Virus record (IMG/VR): IMGVR_UViG_3300032214_001248
Location: 1 to 59,796 of that record
From: a virus
Taxonomy: Duplodnaviria; Caudoviricetes
Reading direction: 5' to 3' (one strand)
DNA: 59,796 nucleotides
Part shown: piece by piece, positions 11,501 through 20,500 of the stretch
Position numbering within the stretch: the first letter of the stretch is position 1
How the letters are laid out: the number at the start of each line of letters is the position of its first letter
Program-made: the position numbers and the translations under genes
The notes under the pieces: generated by a model
Databases searched by the model: none
What the model was told of the DNA's origin: nothing
Seen by the model: the letters and a program-made list of their open reading frames with translations, nothing else

Positions 11501-12311
11501 CGATATCTACTCTGCTATTAAATGTAGAAAACCCAACTACAATTACGTTCCTATCAACATTTAAATCCGTATCAATGTCTACTCTATTGTTAAATGTAGA
11601 GATGCCAGTTACTAATGAATCACCAACAACATGAAGTTTTGATGTTGGATTTGTGGTTGCAAGTCCAACATTACCAACTGTACTTACAACAAAGGGACTT
11701 GAATCCGGATTTGCAGCATCTTCAACAACTAATGGATTACCAGTACCTGTTTGAGTAATTCTGACTAAATCGGTAGATGTTGATCCTGAAAAGAGTCCCG
11801 CAATACCATCTGATTGTGGAACTACATGCAATTCCGCTCCCGGAGTGGTTGTTCCTATACCGACATTATCAGAGATATAAGCTCCGCCTCCATGAACTTG
11901 TAATTTTTGATTTGATGTTCCCGTCGAAGAATATGTTCCAACAACTATTGACCCACTTCTTACAAATACAGAAGTTTCAATTGTTGATATTCCAGTAACT
12001 CTAATGTCACCTCTTACATAAACAGCAGTTTGTCCTGTACTTACTGGAGATCGTATATCTAACAAATACCCAGGTAAGGACGTTCCAATTCCTACAGAAT
12101 TTCCAAGTCCCGTTGGTCCAGTAACAACAGAAAAGGTATTTCTGGATGAACCAACATATAAAGTTTTTGACCCAATATCTTCGGTAACTTCTAACTTATA
12201 TTGGGGAATAGTAGTTCCAATACCAACGCGGTCAACATCACCATCTGCAACAATAAGATTTGTATTAACTTCTAACCCGTTCTTTACGACAAAATTCTTA
12301 TTAATTGCCAT
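5541..12311 (-). CDS. long tail fibre protein with C-terminal intramolecular chaperone (peptidase S74-like)
   Basis: 2256 aa, many VGIGTTNP..KLHVVG repeats. C-terminal SDQTQKTNIRPIENA...GVIAQEIEKVLPEVV...KSVSYGNIIGVLIEAIKE followed by a coiled coil. Confidence 0.9.
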   Translation of the reverse strand: MAINKNFVVKNGLEVNTNLIVADGDVDRVGIGTTIPQYKLEVTEDIGSKTLYVGSSRNTFSVVTGPTGLGNSVGIGTSLPGYLLDIRSPVSTGQTAVYVRGDIRVTGISTIETSVFVRSGSIVVGTYSSTGTSNQKLQVHGGGAYISDNVGIGTTTPGAELHVVPQSDGIAGLFSGSTSTDLVRITQTGTGNPLVVEDAANPDSSPFVVSTVGNVGLATTNPTSKLHVVGDSLVTGISTFNNRVDIDTDLNVDRNVIVVGFSTFNSRVDIDTDLNVDRNVTVTGISTFTNYIDANGGAYIDNVQIGVSGDNEIDTTTGILTLDSFAGQVTVDDRLLVTGISTFNSRVDIDTDLNVDRNVTVTGISTFTNYIDANGGAYIDNIQIGISGDNEIDTTSGILTIDSFAGQVTVDDRLLVTGISTFNSDVYVPLSASRVGIGTTNPTSKIHVVGDVLVTGISTFNNRVDIDTDLNVDRNVTVVGLSTFNNRVDIDTDLNVDRNVTVVGLSTFNNRVDIDTDLNVDRNATITGISTFTNYIDANGGAYIDNVQIGVSGDNEIDTTSGILTIDSFAGQVTVDDRLLVTGISTFNNRVDIDTDLNVDRNVTVVGLSTFNSRVDIDTDLNVDRNLTVVGLSTFNSRVDIDTDLNVDRNVTVTGLSTFNNRVDIDTDLNVDRNVTVTGISTLTNGPLLIGSGTSTGTASQPLQVNGGGAYVFGSLGIGSTNPTSKLHVIGNALVSGIVTSSGFNATAGNDYEINNTSVLTSTTLGSGVVNSSLTSVGTLNSLNVSGISTFLSSQLKIRNPANTFEYGIAAAAIAANRTLNLPLITADDTVATLGLSQTFSGNITVSTGNIAHTGTTQNFTAQSYTTGTVTIGGALQTGAITLGQATTSQILNLATGVSAAATTKTINFGTGGASGSFTQINIGPTVGVGTITINTGTNLGIGSDAPTSKLFVVGDGNFTGVVTARTFSGQINAGVSTLGIAGATSLTSQNLNITGISTFAGITTVTGATLFTKQLNTSGISTFGGDVLPSIDATYNIGSPSKRWSNFYVDNITGTLVGGAATVAVISDTQNATRYLTFFEGVSGVGSIRANTNLAYNPGTIVLSLQNGSLLIGSGTSTGTASQPLQVSSGGAYVFGNLGVGVTNPSANLQLSPNATISNVGTGITLPGTVGSALTVAQFVYLNNNTTYLRIKATRNETGSSWTSASTKLVNVTDLTEQGYIEYNPNGANGGMAFGQGSTEWARFLQSGNAGIGTTNPLQRFQVGVANALGISTNGRVFVVTDNGDAGIGTTNPVSKLHVVGNALVSGIVTSSSFNLTTGNDYTINNTSVLNATTLGSGVVNSSLTSVGTLGTLNVSGVTTTGILRVGTGGTIIATTLTGNTGIGTITPTSKLHVVGDALVSGIVTSSGFNATTGNDYEINNTSVLNATTLGSGVVNSSLTSVGTLTRLVTAGLVVTGITTLGVTTATNLLVQNINNFGITTTNSLNIGATEIVSSSRQLQNIASLDATTTATIESAIINAPNNFNDLRITGISTFTNGPVLIGSGTSTGTASQTLQVNGASAYISGSLGIGSTNPTAKLDVAGLGQFVNAGNQLLLHTGTNVPTVILRNDGSEYYHLLSAAGTTPSGTFNSLRPLAINLTSGAVAIANTAINIFNVTNQTASAARWLVRAVTTGISNEAGIYQDASNNMQFAARDGSGTLRLVLDSNNTSGSYLNTTAGFSVGKNTTTPGYTDLGTNLRIGVANKTGTYVMVGTTTVTVTCTNHGLTTGDSVYIDYSTGTAVDSYYNQVTVTDSNTFTVVAATSLTTNGACSIFSESQIRFPGANGDSGYNHTVISERLYGASDKSELLIFKGNDTGTSIQDNIRLAATGDIYFHTGLGVITYDGYINSFGNNLSSSTVSILSSGNLGVGITNPTSKLHVVGNTLVSGIITSGGFNATTGNDYEINNTSVLNATTLGSGVVNSSLTSVGTLNSLNVSGISTFAGITTVTGATLFTKQLNASGIVTSGGFNATTGNDYKINNTSVLTSTTLGSGVVNSSLTSVGTLGSLNVSGISTFAGITTVTGTTLFAKQLNVSGVVTASSFIRPGGTSSQFLKADGSIDSNTYSTATALSVSDDTSTDATRYILFEDATSGTISSVNVSSTNLQFNPSTGNLSATILTSLSDQTQKTNIRPIENAIDLVKQLEGVRYDWINNNKPSIGVIAQEIEKVLPEVVETSNSGLKSVSYGNIIGVLIEAIKEQNEKIDKLQKIVDNLK
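10265..11615 (-). repeat. intragenic tandem repeats in the tail fibre (24-aa/72-nt unit and ~55-aa unit)
   Basis: RVDIDTDLNVDRN occurs 10 times. TNYIDANGGAYIDN...GQVTVDDRLL occurs 3 times. The DNA copies are near-identical. Confidence 0.9.
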
Positions 12312-12344
12312 TTGGGTTCACTCTCCCCCTAGTTAGATTTTAAT

Positions 12345-12352
12345 TATTTATA
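12345..12352 (-). promoter_or_regulatory. T4-type late promoter TATAAATA
   Basis: Exact TATAAATA on the minus strand ~35 nt upstream of the tail fibre ATG. Confidence 0.7.
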
Positions 12353-12353
12353 A

Positions 12354-15300
12354 TCAAAAATCAGGAACTCCTGGAGGGAGAATCCAAAAATTAGCCGTTG
12401 TATTGCTATATGATGTGCCGGAGAAGAATGAATTGGAAGAATCTCCATAGTATCCATAATAATAAGTAGTTCCTCCCCAGGAGAGAATAGAGTAATCTGA
12501 CCCATATCCAGGAGAAGAAAGATTATTTTCATCCCATGCCAAACAATATAACGGATATGCATATTGAACGAGTTGCCAATCAGTTAGACTAGTTCTAAGT
12601 CTAATATAATTTGCATTGAGCATTTTTCTAATATTAAAAGGTTGTGCTTTCGTAATGGACGTTGTTCTTCCATCAAGAGTAGCAGTCAAACGGTAATCTT
12701 GTGTTGCAGCAAGTTCTAAGAATCTTTGCCATCTTGCATCGTCAATACAAGTGTTTGTTCCTGGAAGAACCTTTCCAGTAGTTTTTGTAAGAGTTCTTGG
12801 GTCTTTTCCAACAGTGGCAGCAGAAAATACTAATATTCTCCCCGCAGAATCTTGATAAAAATCGCCAAAATCATTTTGAGTTTCACTTATGTACCTTATA
12901 ACAAATTTTGTAGATCTATCTACATTTCCACCAAGAGTTGTTTGCATGACACGTACAGATCCATCAGTATATCCAGACCCACCGCCGCCTCCAGAACCAA
13001 AGTGCCCAGCACCACCGTTTCCACCTGTTGCACCATTTCCTCCCATACCATTGTTTGCTGTTTCAGATCTTCCAGCAGTTTGATTTATAGCATATCCATC
13101 TTTATATCCTCTGTTAATCTGAGCACTATTTAAAATTTCGGTTCCATTGGATAATCTAAATCTCATTTTACCCAAATCTTCACACGCTGCTTTTCCTTGC
13201 TGCTTCCAATACTTACCCTTTGTACAAGAAATTGCCCTACCACCAAAGTTACCTTGTGCTCTTGAGTCCTCCGAATATATTGAAACTTCTGATGACGATG
13301 AACCAAAAATTCCATTTCCAGATAACTGCCCTGCCTGTATTGCTTGTCCACCACTTCCATTTTGTTGTCTACCTGATCCATTCCCACCACTTACGCCAAC
13401 TCCGCCACCAGATCCACCGTTACCAGTTCTTCCTTCACCACCACCTTGTCCAACACAAGCAATTAATTTTGCTTTTCTATATAACCAAAGAGCACCTTCT
13501 GATTTAATTCCACGTAAAATATACTCATCATCTTTGTTCATCAAAAATCTAATTTTTGAATAACCACCTTGTCCTCCACTATAAGTATAAAACCCTGTTC
13601 TTATACTTGCAGCAGACCCATACATTTCCACCTCAACATAGATATCTCTCTCTTTTGCATATAAACAAATAGTATCGGAAGATGTAATATTAGTATTGGA
13701 TATTAAATCTGAATATATTTCTCGGTTAGCTGCTGTTCTTGGTCTAAATATTGAAAATTCATTTTCAATGGAAAGATTCGTGAATTTGGAAGACATTGTT
13801 CCATCATCATAATAAACTTCCATCCCTAAAATAGCACGGGGAGATTCTGGAATAGTGGGATCTACCGCTGGAGTAACTTGATATATTGATACCACATTAT
13901 ATTCAACAGTATTTGTATATAATGGCGAATTGCAAGCCGTTGGATGTGATATCTTACATCTTAGTAAATTATAAGAAACATCATCTGTAGATATGGTAAG
14001 ATTTTTTGTCTTAGACCCACTAACGATGGTGATAGATTTTTCAATATATGTAGAAACCTCTGATTGAAGAGATATGCTAGAGTTTTGGTTTGGAGTAAAT
14101 TCTGCGGGATACTTATTGAGACCTTTATAAATTTTGAGGTCTTGCATATAACACTGTGGATAATTTCCAGCGACTGATAGAGTACTTTCCAATCCAATAT
14201 ATCCAGACGTATTTCCACCAAACCTTCCATTTAACCATAAAAAGATGCCTGTGGATTGTATTAATTTTCCATCAATATAAAATTTAACCGACGTAGAAGA
14301 TTTGGAAATTGCCAAATGTCGCCAAGTTCCAACTTTTAAATCACTGACGGTTCCAATTTGACGTATCCCAGATATATCCGCAAGATAAAATGTACCCCCT
14401 CCAGTACTATTTCTTATTAATGAAAAAGAAGTTCCACCATTGCCACTATAACCACCACCAACATTTATTAGAACTTCACGTAAATTTGTAGTCCATGTTG
14501 AAAATCTACACCATAACTCTATAGTAAAGTCTCCAGTTCCAAAATTAAAATCTTCACTTGCACTAACATTTAAATAATGACTTCCATTAAAATATGCAGC
14601 ACCCCCATAAAATTTTCCAACACCTTTATTCCACAGAGGAGATTTCCCGTAAGTTGACCCAGCAGTTATTGATTTTTTATTTGCAGATAAGTCAGTAAGT
14701 TTTAAAGTTCCGGTACCCTCATCCCATAAAGGTAAATCTAAAATAAGTGTCTTATCGACCATTCCAGATGATGGTACAATAAAGTCAGATGTATATTTTG
14801 CAATTCCATATACTTGGAAATCTTGTATGCCCCCAACCATAGGATATTCTTGAATTGCATTAGATGCCTTTCCAATTAAAACTGGGGAAGATGACTTGAT
14901 GTCTATATCTTTCCACGATTGAGTAGCAACTTTTTTCCCATCAATAAACAATCCAATAGACCCATCTTTTCTTGATACTGCTACATGATGCCAAGTATTT
15001 AAATTTAAAGTTCCACCAGAAACAAAAGTTCCCGCTACTGATGCTTCAAGTTGTGATGATGCATTTTTTCTAACTGTAAAAGAAGAAGAAACTCTATAAA
15101 CATTAAAGGAATTATTAAAATCGTTTGACCACCCATATAAAGAACTGCCTATTTTTCCGAAGATTGGGAAGTAAGTATAATCTCCGACTGTTACTCCAGA
15201 ATTTGATGAAGGTATAGGTTTATTGGTGTCTCTAGAACTATCGTAAATTGTATTTCCTGCCCAACGAATTACTAATTGTCTTGTGTTAGTATATGGATCA

Positions 15301-17495
15301 GTTTCCGTTGCTCCAGTTCTAGTGTACCATCCGTAAGATGTAGTTGGATATGTAGTTTCAGATCGTGCTGTTGTTGCTGCCCTCTCAGTTGCGTAAGGAC
15401 CGCAGGAAAATATTTCTTTAATTCCACTTTGCGTAAAATACACCCATGACTCTACAGTAAAATCACCCTTTCCAAAATTAAAATCAGAAATAGGAGATAA
15501 CTGAAGATATGAATTTTCACTAAAATATGCGTATCCGTTGTAAAATTTTCCTCCACCATTTACCCACAATGTACCTGTATTAGTAACTGTGTTTGGAACA
15601 TTGGTAAGATCAATTAAATCCAAAACAGAATCTGAATTTCTGTCCCACAAAGGAAGTCTTAAAAGAGCATTTGTTGGGTAACTATAGTTATTTGATGGAA
15701 TCTTTATTATTGTATTTGCTTCTTTTGTGCCGTCAACCAAATCGACACCATTTAATTGCCATTGATATAAAATTTGATTATCAGAATCATCATCCACTTC
15801 GGAATTGGCAGAAAAAGTTGCTTCGAATTCCTGAGCAGTTGAGGTTATTGGTTCAAAATCAAGTATTATTGAACCATCTTTGCCAGCTTCTGCTCCAACT
15901 TTGCGTTTTGTAGACCCCTCAGTAATCAGTGTTGGATGAAGATATCCAGAACCTCCACCACCACTACCATCCGTTAAGGATGCTGCATCAGAACTTATTA
16001 AACCTCCACCTCCACCATAATATCCACCACCACCTCCACCAGCTCCATTACCTCCAATAAGAACACCACCAGGACTTCCAGAGGTTCCATTGCCTCGTCC
16101 ACCTATACCACCGGAAGACTGAGTTCCTGCTTTACCACTTGCAATAAGAATGGATTCATTCCCAGAAAGACCTCCACCATTACCTCCAGTAGATACCTCG
16201 TCTTGAAAGTCAAATCCCTCCTTTACTCCATTTGTACGTATAGTAAAGGATCTTACATAACTGTTATATCCATTTGCACAGAACCAAACTCTAAATCCAA
16301 ATCTAGTTTTTTCTTCTATTCCACTATTGGTAATACTTTTATATCCCCCACCCGCAGTTTGTTGTGATATATTATCAATTTGGATGACATAACTATCATC
16401 TATAAAAGGAGTTTTGAAAATTATTTGATAATGCTTATATGATAAGTTATTGCTACATGGCAATCCATCCGCAGCACTTGCACCAACATAGTTTACAGTG
16501 ATATCTGGACTATTTTGAGTTAACTCGTGTCTGTTTATGCTATTATTAAATACATGATAAACAGTAGATTTATAATTAGTTCCTGGTAAAGTTCCGCCGC
16601 CACCACCGCCACCGGCAATTATTATGGCATTGCTTTGTGATACTGATCCAAGGAATATTCCACTATATCCACCACCACCTCCACCTCTAGTATTACTTCC
16701 CCCTCCACCATAACCAGGAGTTCCTAAAGAATTTCCTCCAGCACCACCAACAACCAATTTATATTCTTTATCGGCAAGGAGAGTAAGTTTACCTGAGGAA
16801 AGACCACCTTTACCACCAACAGATTTTACATCCCCAACATAAGATGAACCACCACCGGCACCAGAAACTTTAACATCAACTTCAACATCATTACTTGAAA
16901 TAATTGTATATACTTTTCCGGGATCAAAGTCGTTATAAAAAGGAGTGTCTTTCAGTTTGAGATATAAATCAGTTCCTGAATCGTCTATAATCCTTAAAAC
17001 AGATTCTTCTAGTGTAACAGATCTTGGATGTTGAGTGATTGTAATTTCCGGATACGCAGTTAATAATACAGTATTGGAGTTTATTGGGTCATTAATAGCA
17101 TTACCAGTAGATCTGGCAGTGCCAGCAGTAACATCGGAACCAGAAACTACATATGCTGAAGGGATATAATCCGCTTCTACAAAAAACTTATACTTATTAA
17201 GATAAACTGGAGAATCTATTGTTAAAGTATTAGTTGATGAACCAGAAATAGTTGCTCCATTAAAGGACCCATCAGTTAACTCAATTGTAGATGATTGAGT
17301 ATCTTGAGCGTACCATTTGTAAGAGATGTAACCAGTTGGGGTTGCCGAATTGGAAGGTGTTTGTGATGGAAAAGATGCCGTTGCAATTCCTACAAATGTT
17401 GCAATACCACAAACCGAAATTGGGGAAGGTTGTGTTATAAATGATAAAATAGGACCATTAAGATCAAGAGTAGTCTGCTTATTATTTACTGACAT
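12354..17495 (-). CDS. large tail-fibre/receptor-binding structural protein (Ig-like, Gly-rich and two LamG/concanavalin-like domains)
   Basis: ITQP..YKWY and ITQHP...YQWQ Ig-like segments, poly-Gly stretches, and two FNFG.GDFT.E.W...W.H.A.S....F.IDGK blocks. Confidence 0.75.
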   Translation of the reverse strand: MSVNNKQTTLDLNGPILSFITQPSPISVCGIATFVGIATASFPSQTPSNSATPTGYISYKWYAQDTQSSTIELTDGSFNGATISGSSTNTLTIDSPVYLNKYKFFVEADYIPSAYVVSGSDVTAGTARSTGNAINDPINSNTVLLTAYPEITITQHPRSVTLEESVLRIIDDSGTDLYLKLKDTPFYNDFDPGKVYTIISSNDVEVDVKVSGAGGGSSYVGDVKSVGGKGGLSSGKLTLLADKEYKLVVGGAGGNSLGTPGYGGGGSNTRGGGGGGYSGIFLGSVSQSNAIIIAGGGGGGGTLPGTNYKSTVYHVFNNSINRHELTQNSPDITVNYVGASAADGLPCSNNLSYKHYQIIFKTPFIDDSYVIQIDNISQQTAGGGYKSITNSGIEEKTRFGFRVWFCANGYNSYVRSFTIRTNGVKEGFDFQDEVSTGGNGGGLSGNESILIASGKAGTQSSGGIGGRGNGTSGSPGGVLIGGNGAGGGGGGYYGGGGGLISSDAASLTDGSGGGGSGYLHPTLITEGSTKRKVGAEAGKDGSIILDFEPITSTAQEFEATFSANSEVDDDSDNQILYQWQLNGVDLVDGTKEANTIIKIPSNNYSYPTNALLRLPLWDRNSDSVLDLIDLTNVPNTVTNTGTLWVNGGGKFYNGYAYFSENSYLQLSPISDFNFGKGDFTVESWVYFTQSGIKEIFSCGPYATERAATTARSETTYPTTSYGWYTRTGATETDPYTNTRQLVIRWAGNTIYDSSRDTNKPIPSSNSGVTVGDYTYFPIFGKIGSSLYGWSNDFNNSFNVYRVSSSFTVRKNASSQLEASVAGTFVSGGTLNLNTWHHVAVSRKDGSIGLFIDGKKVATQSWKDIDIKSSSPVLIGKASNAIQEYPMVGGIQDFQVYGIAKYTSDFIVPSSGMVDKTLILDLPLWDEGTGTLKLTDLSANKKSITAGSTYGKSPLWNKGVGKFYGGAAYFNGSHYLNVSASEDFNFGTGDFTIELWCRFSTWTTNLREVLINVGGGYSGNGGTSFSLIRNSTGGGTFYLADISGIRQIGTVSDLKVGTWRHLAISKSSTSVKFYIDGKLIQSTGIFLWLNGRFGGNTSGYIGLESTLSVAGNYPQCYMQDLKIYKGLNKYPAEFTPNQNSSISLQSEVSTYIEKSITIVSGSKTKNLTISTDDVSYNLLRCKISHPTACNSPLYTNTVEYNVVSIYQVTPAVDPTIPESPRAILGMEVYYDDGTMSSKFTNLSIENEFSIFRPRTAANREIYSDLISNTNITSSDTICLYAKERDIYVEVEMYGSAASIRTGFYTYSGGQGGYSKIRFLMNKDDEYILRGIKSEGALWLYRKAKLIACVGQGGGEGRTGNGGSGGGVGVSGGNGSGRQQNGSGGQAIQAGQLSGNGIFGSSSSEVSIYSEDSRAQGNFGGRAISCTKGKYWKQQGKAACEDLGKMRFRLSNGTEILNSAQINRGYKDGYAINQTAGRSETANNGMGGNGATGGNGGAGHFGSGGGGGSGYTDGSVRVMQTTLGGNVDRSTKFVIRYISETQNDFGDFYQDSAGRILVFSAATVGKDPRTLTKTTGKVLPGTNTCIDDARWQRFLELAATQDYRLTATLDGRTTSITKAQPFNIRKMLNANYIRLRTSLTDWQLVQYAYPLYCLAWDENNLSSPGYGSDYSILSWGGTTYYYGYYGDSSNSFFSGTSYSNTTANFWILPPGVPDF

Positions 17496-17506
17496 TATTT
17501 TTTACC

Positions 17507-20500
17507 TCAGTTTACGAAGTTTTGACCGACAACCACGGCATACATCCCAACACTTGACATGTTATTTCCATCAAATAATCGGAAAGAATAAATGTCACTT
17601 CTATTTGCAGTTGATGTAACAGTTGGAATTACTCCCCCACCAGGCCAATAAACTGGAATTGCATTTAATCCAATGTTCCTAAAGTCATCCAAATCAACAG
17701 TGTATCCACCAACTGAAGCTTGAGTTATCTTAATTGTAAATGAAGATGAATTTGCTGGTGGATTTATGACTACAAAATAATTTATATTCTGGGTTAGAGT
17801 CAATTCAAATGTCTGAGAAACTGAAAGATCAATAGTAACAAAATTAGATGCACTTGTCAGAGTAGTAACAGATTCTGTAAAAGTCTTAAGTCGTGTAAGA
17901 CCTTCAACATCTAATTTTGCTCTTGGGGTAAGAGTTCCAATTCCAATATTAGAACTGGATGTTATGAGAGCGGTTCCAGAAGTTCCAACAACCAAATTAG
18001 TTGATGTAATTATTCCGGCAGTGATTCTCCCAGAAGAACTTTGGAGATTATATGAAGTTGCTGTTATGATTCCACTTACATGAACATTATTTGCAGTAAT
18101 GAGACCTACAAATCTTGCTTGACCATTAACATAAATGCTTGTTGAAGCCATTCCAACTGCTCCAACCTCAAAAGCAAATCTTGGAACAGATGTTCCAATA
18201 CCAACATTTTTAAAGTCAGTGTTATAAACTTCATTGGAAGTATTGGTCCACCCACTAGCAGGTAAACTTAAATTTGTAATTAAAGAACCATCACCTACAA
18301 AATTAGATGCAGTTAAAATACCAATGATATTTAAATTTCCAGAAATGTTGGCATTTCCATTTATATTTAATTTAAATCCTCTATCAGTCGTCCCTATCCC
18401 AACTCCCCCAGAAGAAGTGACTGAGAACTGATTTGTTCCGGAATTTACTAATAATCTATTTGCTCCAGCAGTTATTGTATTAATTCCTAGAGTATCAAAA
18501 ATTGGAGAGTTTGAGACACTAGCCTCATTAATAGCACCAAAACGGAACCATGCATTTTCTTTCGTATAAATCCATCCAACAAATCCAGTTTTTGTTGGAT
18601 TATCAAGATAAACAACATCACCAGGGTTTCCCGCAGTTGTTGGTGTTGAGATTCCTACAGTGAATTTTCTAGAAACAACAGCATCACCCTGTAAATATAA
18701 AGAGTATGCCTCGATTCCTTTTGGTGAACTTGAGGTTAATTTATTTGTAAAAATTACTGGACCATTAAATTCAGAAACTGAATTTTTGTTTGAACCACCT
18801 GATATTGTTATAGCACGTCCAAAATTACCTTCAATTGCACTGATAACGTTAATGCTTGGAAAATCCGAAATGTCTTCACCAGTAATAGTTTGGATAGGGG
18901 TATCAAAGATTTCTTCTTGTCCAGTTACTGTACTTAGTTTTTTGTTTCCGGAATATGAAATACCCTTGTCATTCATTCCGGTATAGAAGTTTATACCACC
19001 ATTTTTTCTAGTAGACTGTCCTAAAAGTTCCTCTTGTGGAGAAATTTGTCTATCTTGTCTATCCGGAAATGCCGTTGAATAATTACCTGGACCAAATCCA
19101 ACATATTCAAATGTATGACTAGAAGCACGAGAAATAGAGTGTCTTCTAAGTTCTACTGGAAGAGTGCGAATTTTTCTTACAATAGAATTGCTAATGTGAG
19201 TAGATGCTTTTGTTCCAAGAACGCTTCTAAACACAGAAATTGGAGTTCCTGCACTAATATTATTAGGAACCGTCGATTTTACTCTTACAATTTCATCGTC
19301 GATTGCAAAATAATCTCCAATTCTTACATCCAAATTATCAATTCCACTGAGAGTGATGCTTTCCGTAGTAACATCACTTATTGCAGAATACAGGGTAGTG
19401 GTAATTCCTGCATAAATTGGAGTCATTCTGCCATTTAAATTTTCATTATCAATTGTAACAATACCTTCATTAGAAGTTACACCCCCTCTATAACCATAGA
19501 GTGTTCCAGTAGCTGTTGGCGATATTGTTCCTATTCCAATTTTAACTTTGAATGATGTAAGACTTACATTTTCTGTAACTACAAAATCTCCATTATAAAG
19601 TGATTGATTTGCCCCACCGATTCTAATTTTCGAATCAATCTTAAGTCCATGCCTATTTTGAGTTACAACCGTAGCGATTCCACTAACTCTATCATATGCA
19701 AGAGAACTAATCCGTAAAGTCTCTCCAGTTAAATATGCCGATGAATTTGAAGTTACAACTGATCCAATACCACCATTAGAAATCCAAGTGGAAAGTCCAA
19801 CAGAAGATTGGACACTAAAGCTCTTTGCTGCACCTACACTAACTCCGGTTATTCTATAAAGATTGTTAAACGATGAATAAGTTTCGGAACTTACGCCATT
19901 AATTCTTATAGAATCCCCAATATTATTATAAATTTTAGTTACATTTACATATGCAGTAGTAAATCCAGCAAAAGTTGATACACCAACAATCGCTAAAGAA
20001 TTTCCTATTCCATAAGCACTACCACCATCCATAATAACTACGTTGGTAATATTACCAGATGCATTGACTGTTATCTTTGCAGTTGCATGGTTTCCAGTAA
20101 TAGATGTTCCAATACCAACTAACCGAGCATTATAAAAATCTCCAGATGCTGCAAATCCATATCCAAGTCCACTGTTAGCAATTGAAACTTTAGTGATGCG
20201 ATTTAATCCATGATCAATTGAGGTATGAATAGTATGAATGGTTGAACTTGTTGAAACAATGTTTGTAATACCTACTCCAACACTCACATCAACGAAATTC
20301 TTAGAAATAGTTTCTTTTGTAATACTATTTCTTGGTTCATCAATTAAAGTTTCACCTATTAATGATGATTGTGCAAAAGACTTTGCCTCTATTGGATCTG
20401 ATACTGGATTATCCTTATCAAGTTGTGGATATAAGTTTTTCACATTTTGCGAAAACTTTTCATCTCCAAAATAGTTAATCGATGGAGTAACAGATGAATT

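Noticed and set aside
10258-11620. Regularly spaced repeats resembling a CRISPR array, and the plus-strand repeat ORFs over them
   Set aside because: Units are in-frame 72-nt coding repeats with synonymous variation and no unique spacers; the plus-strand ORFs are antisense shadows
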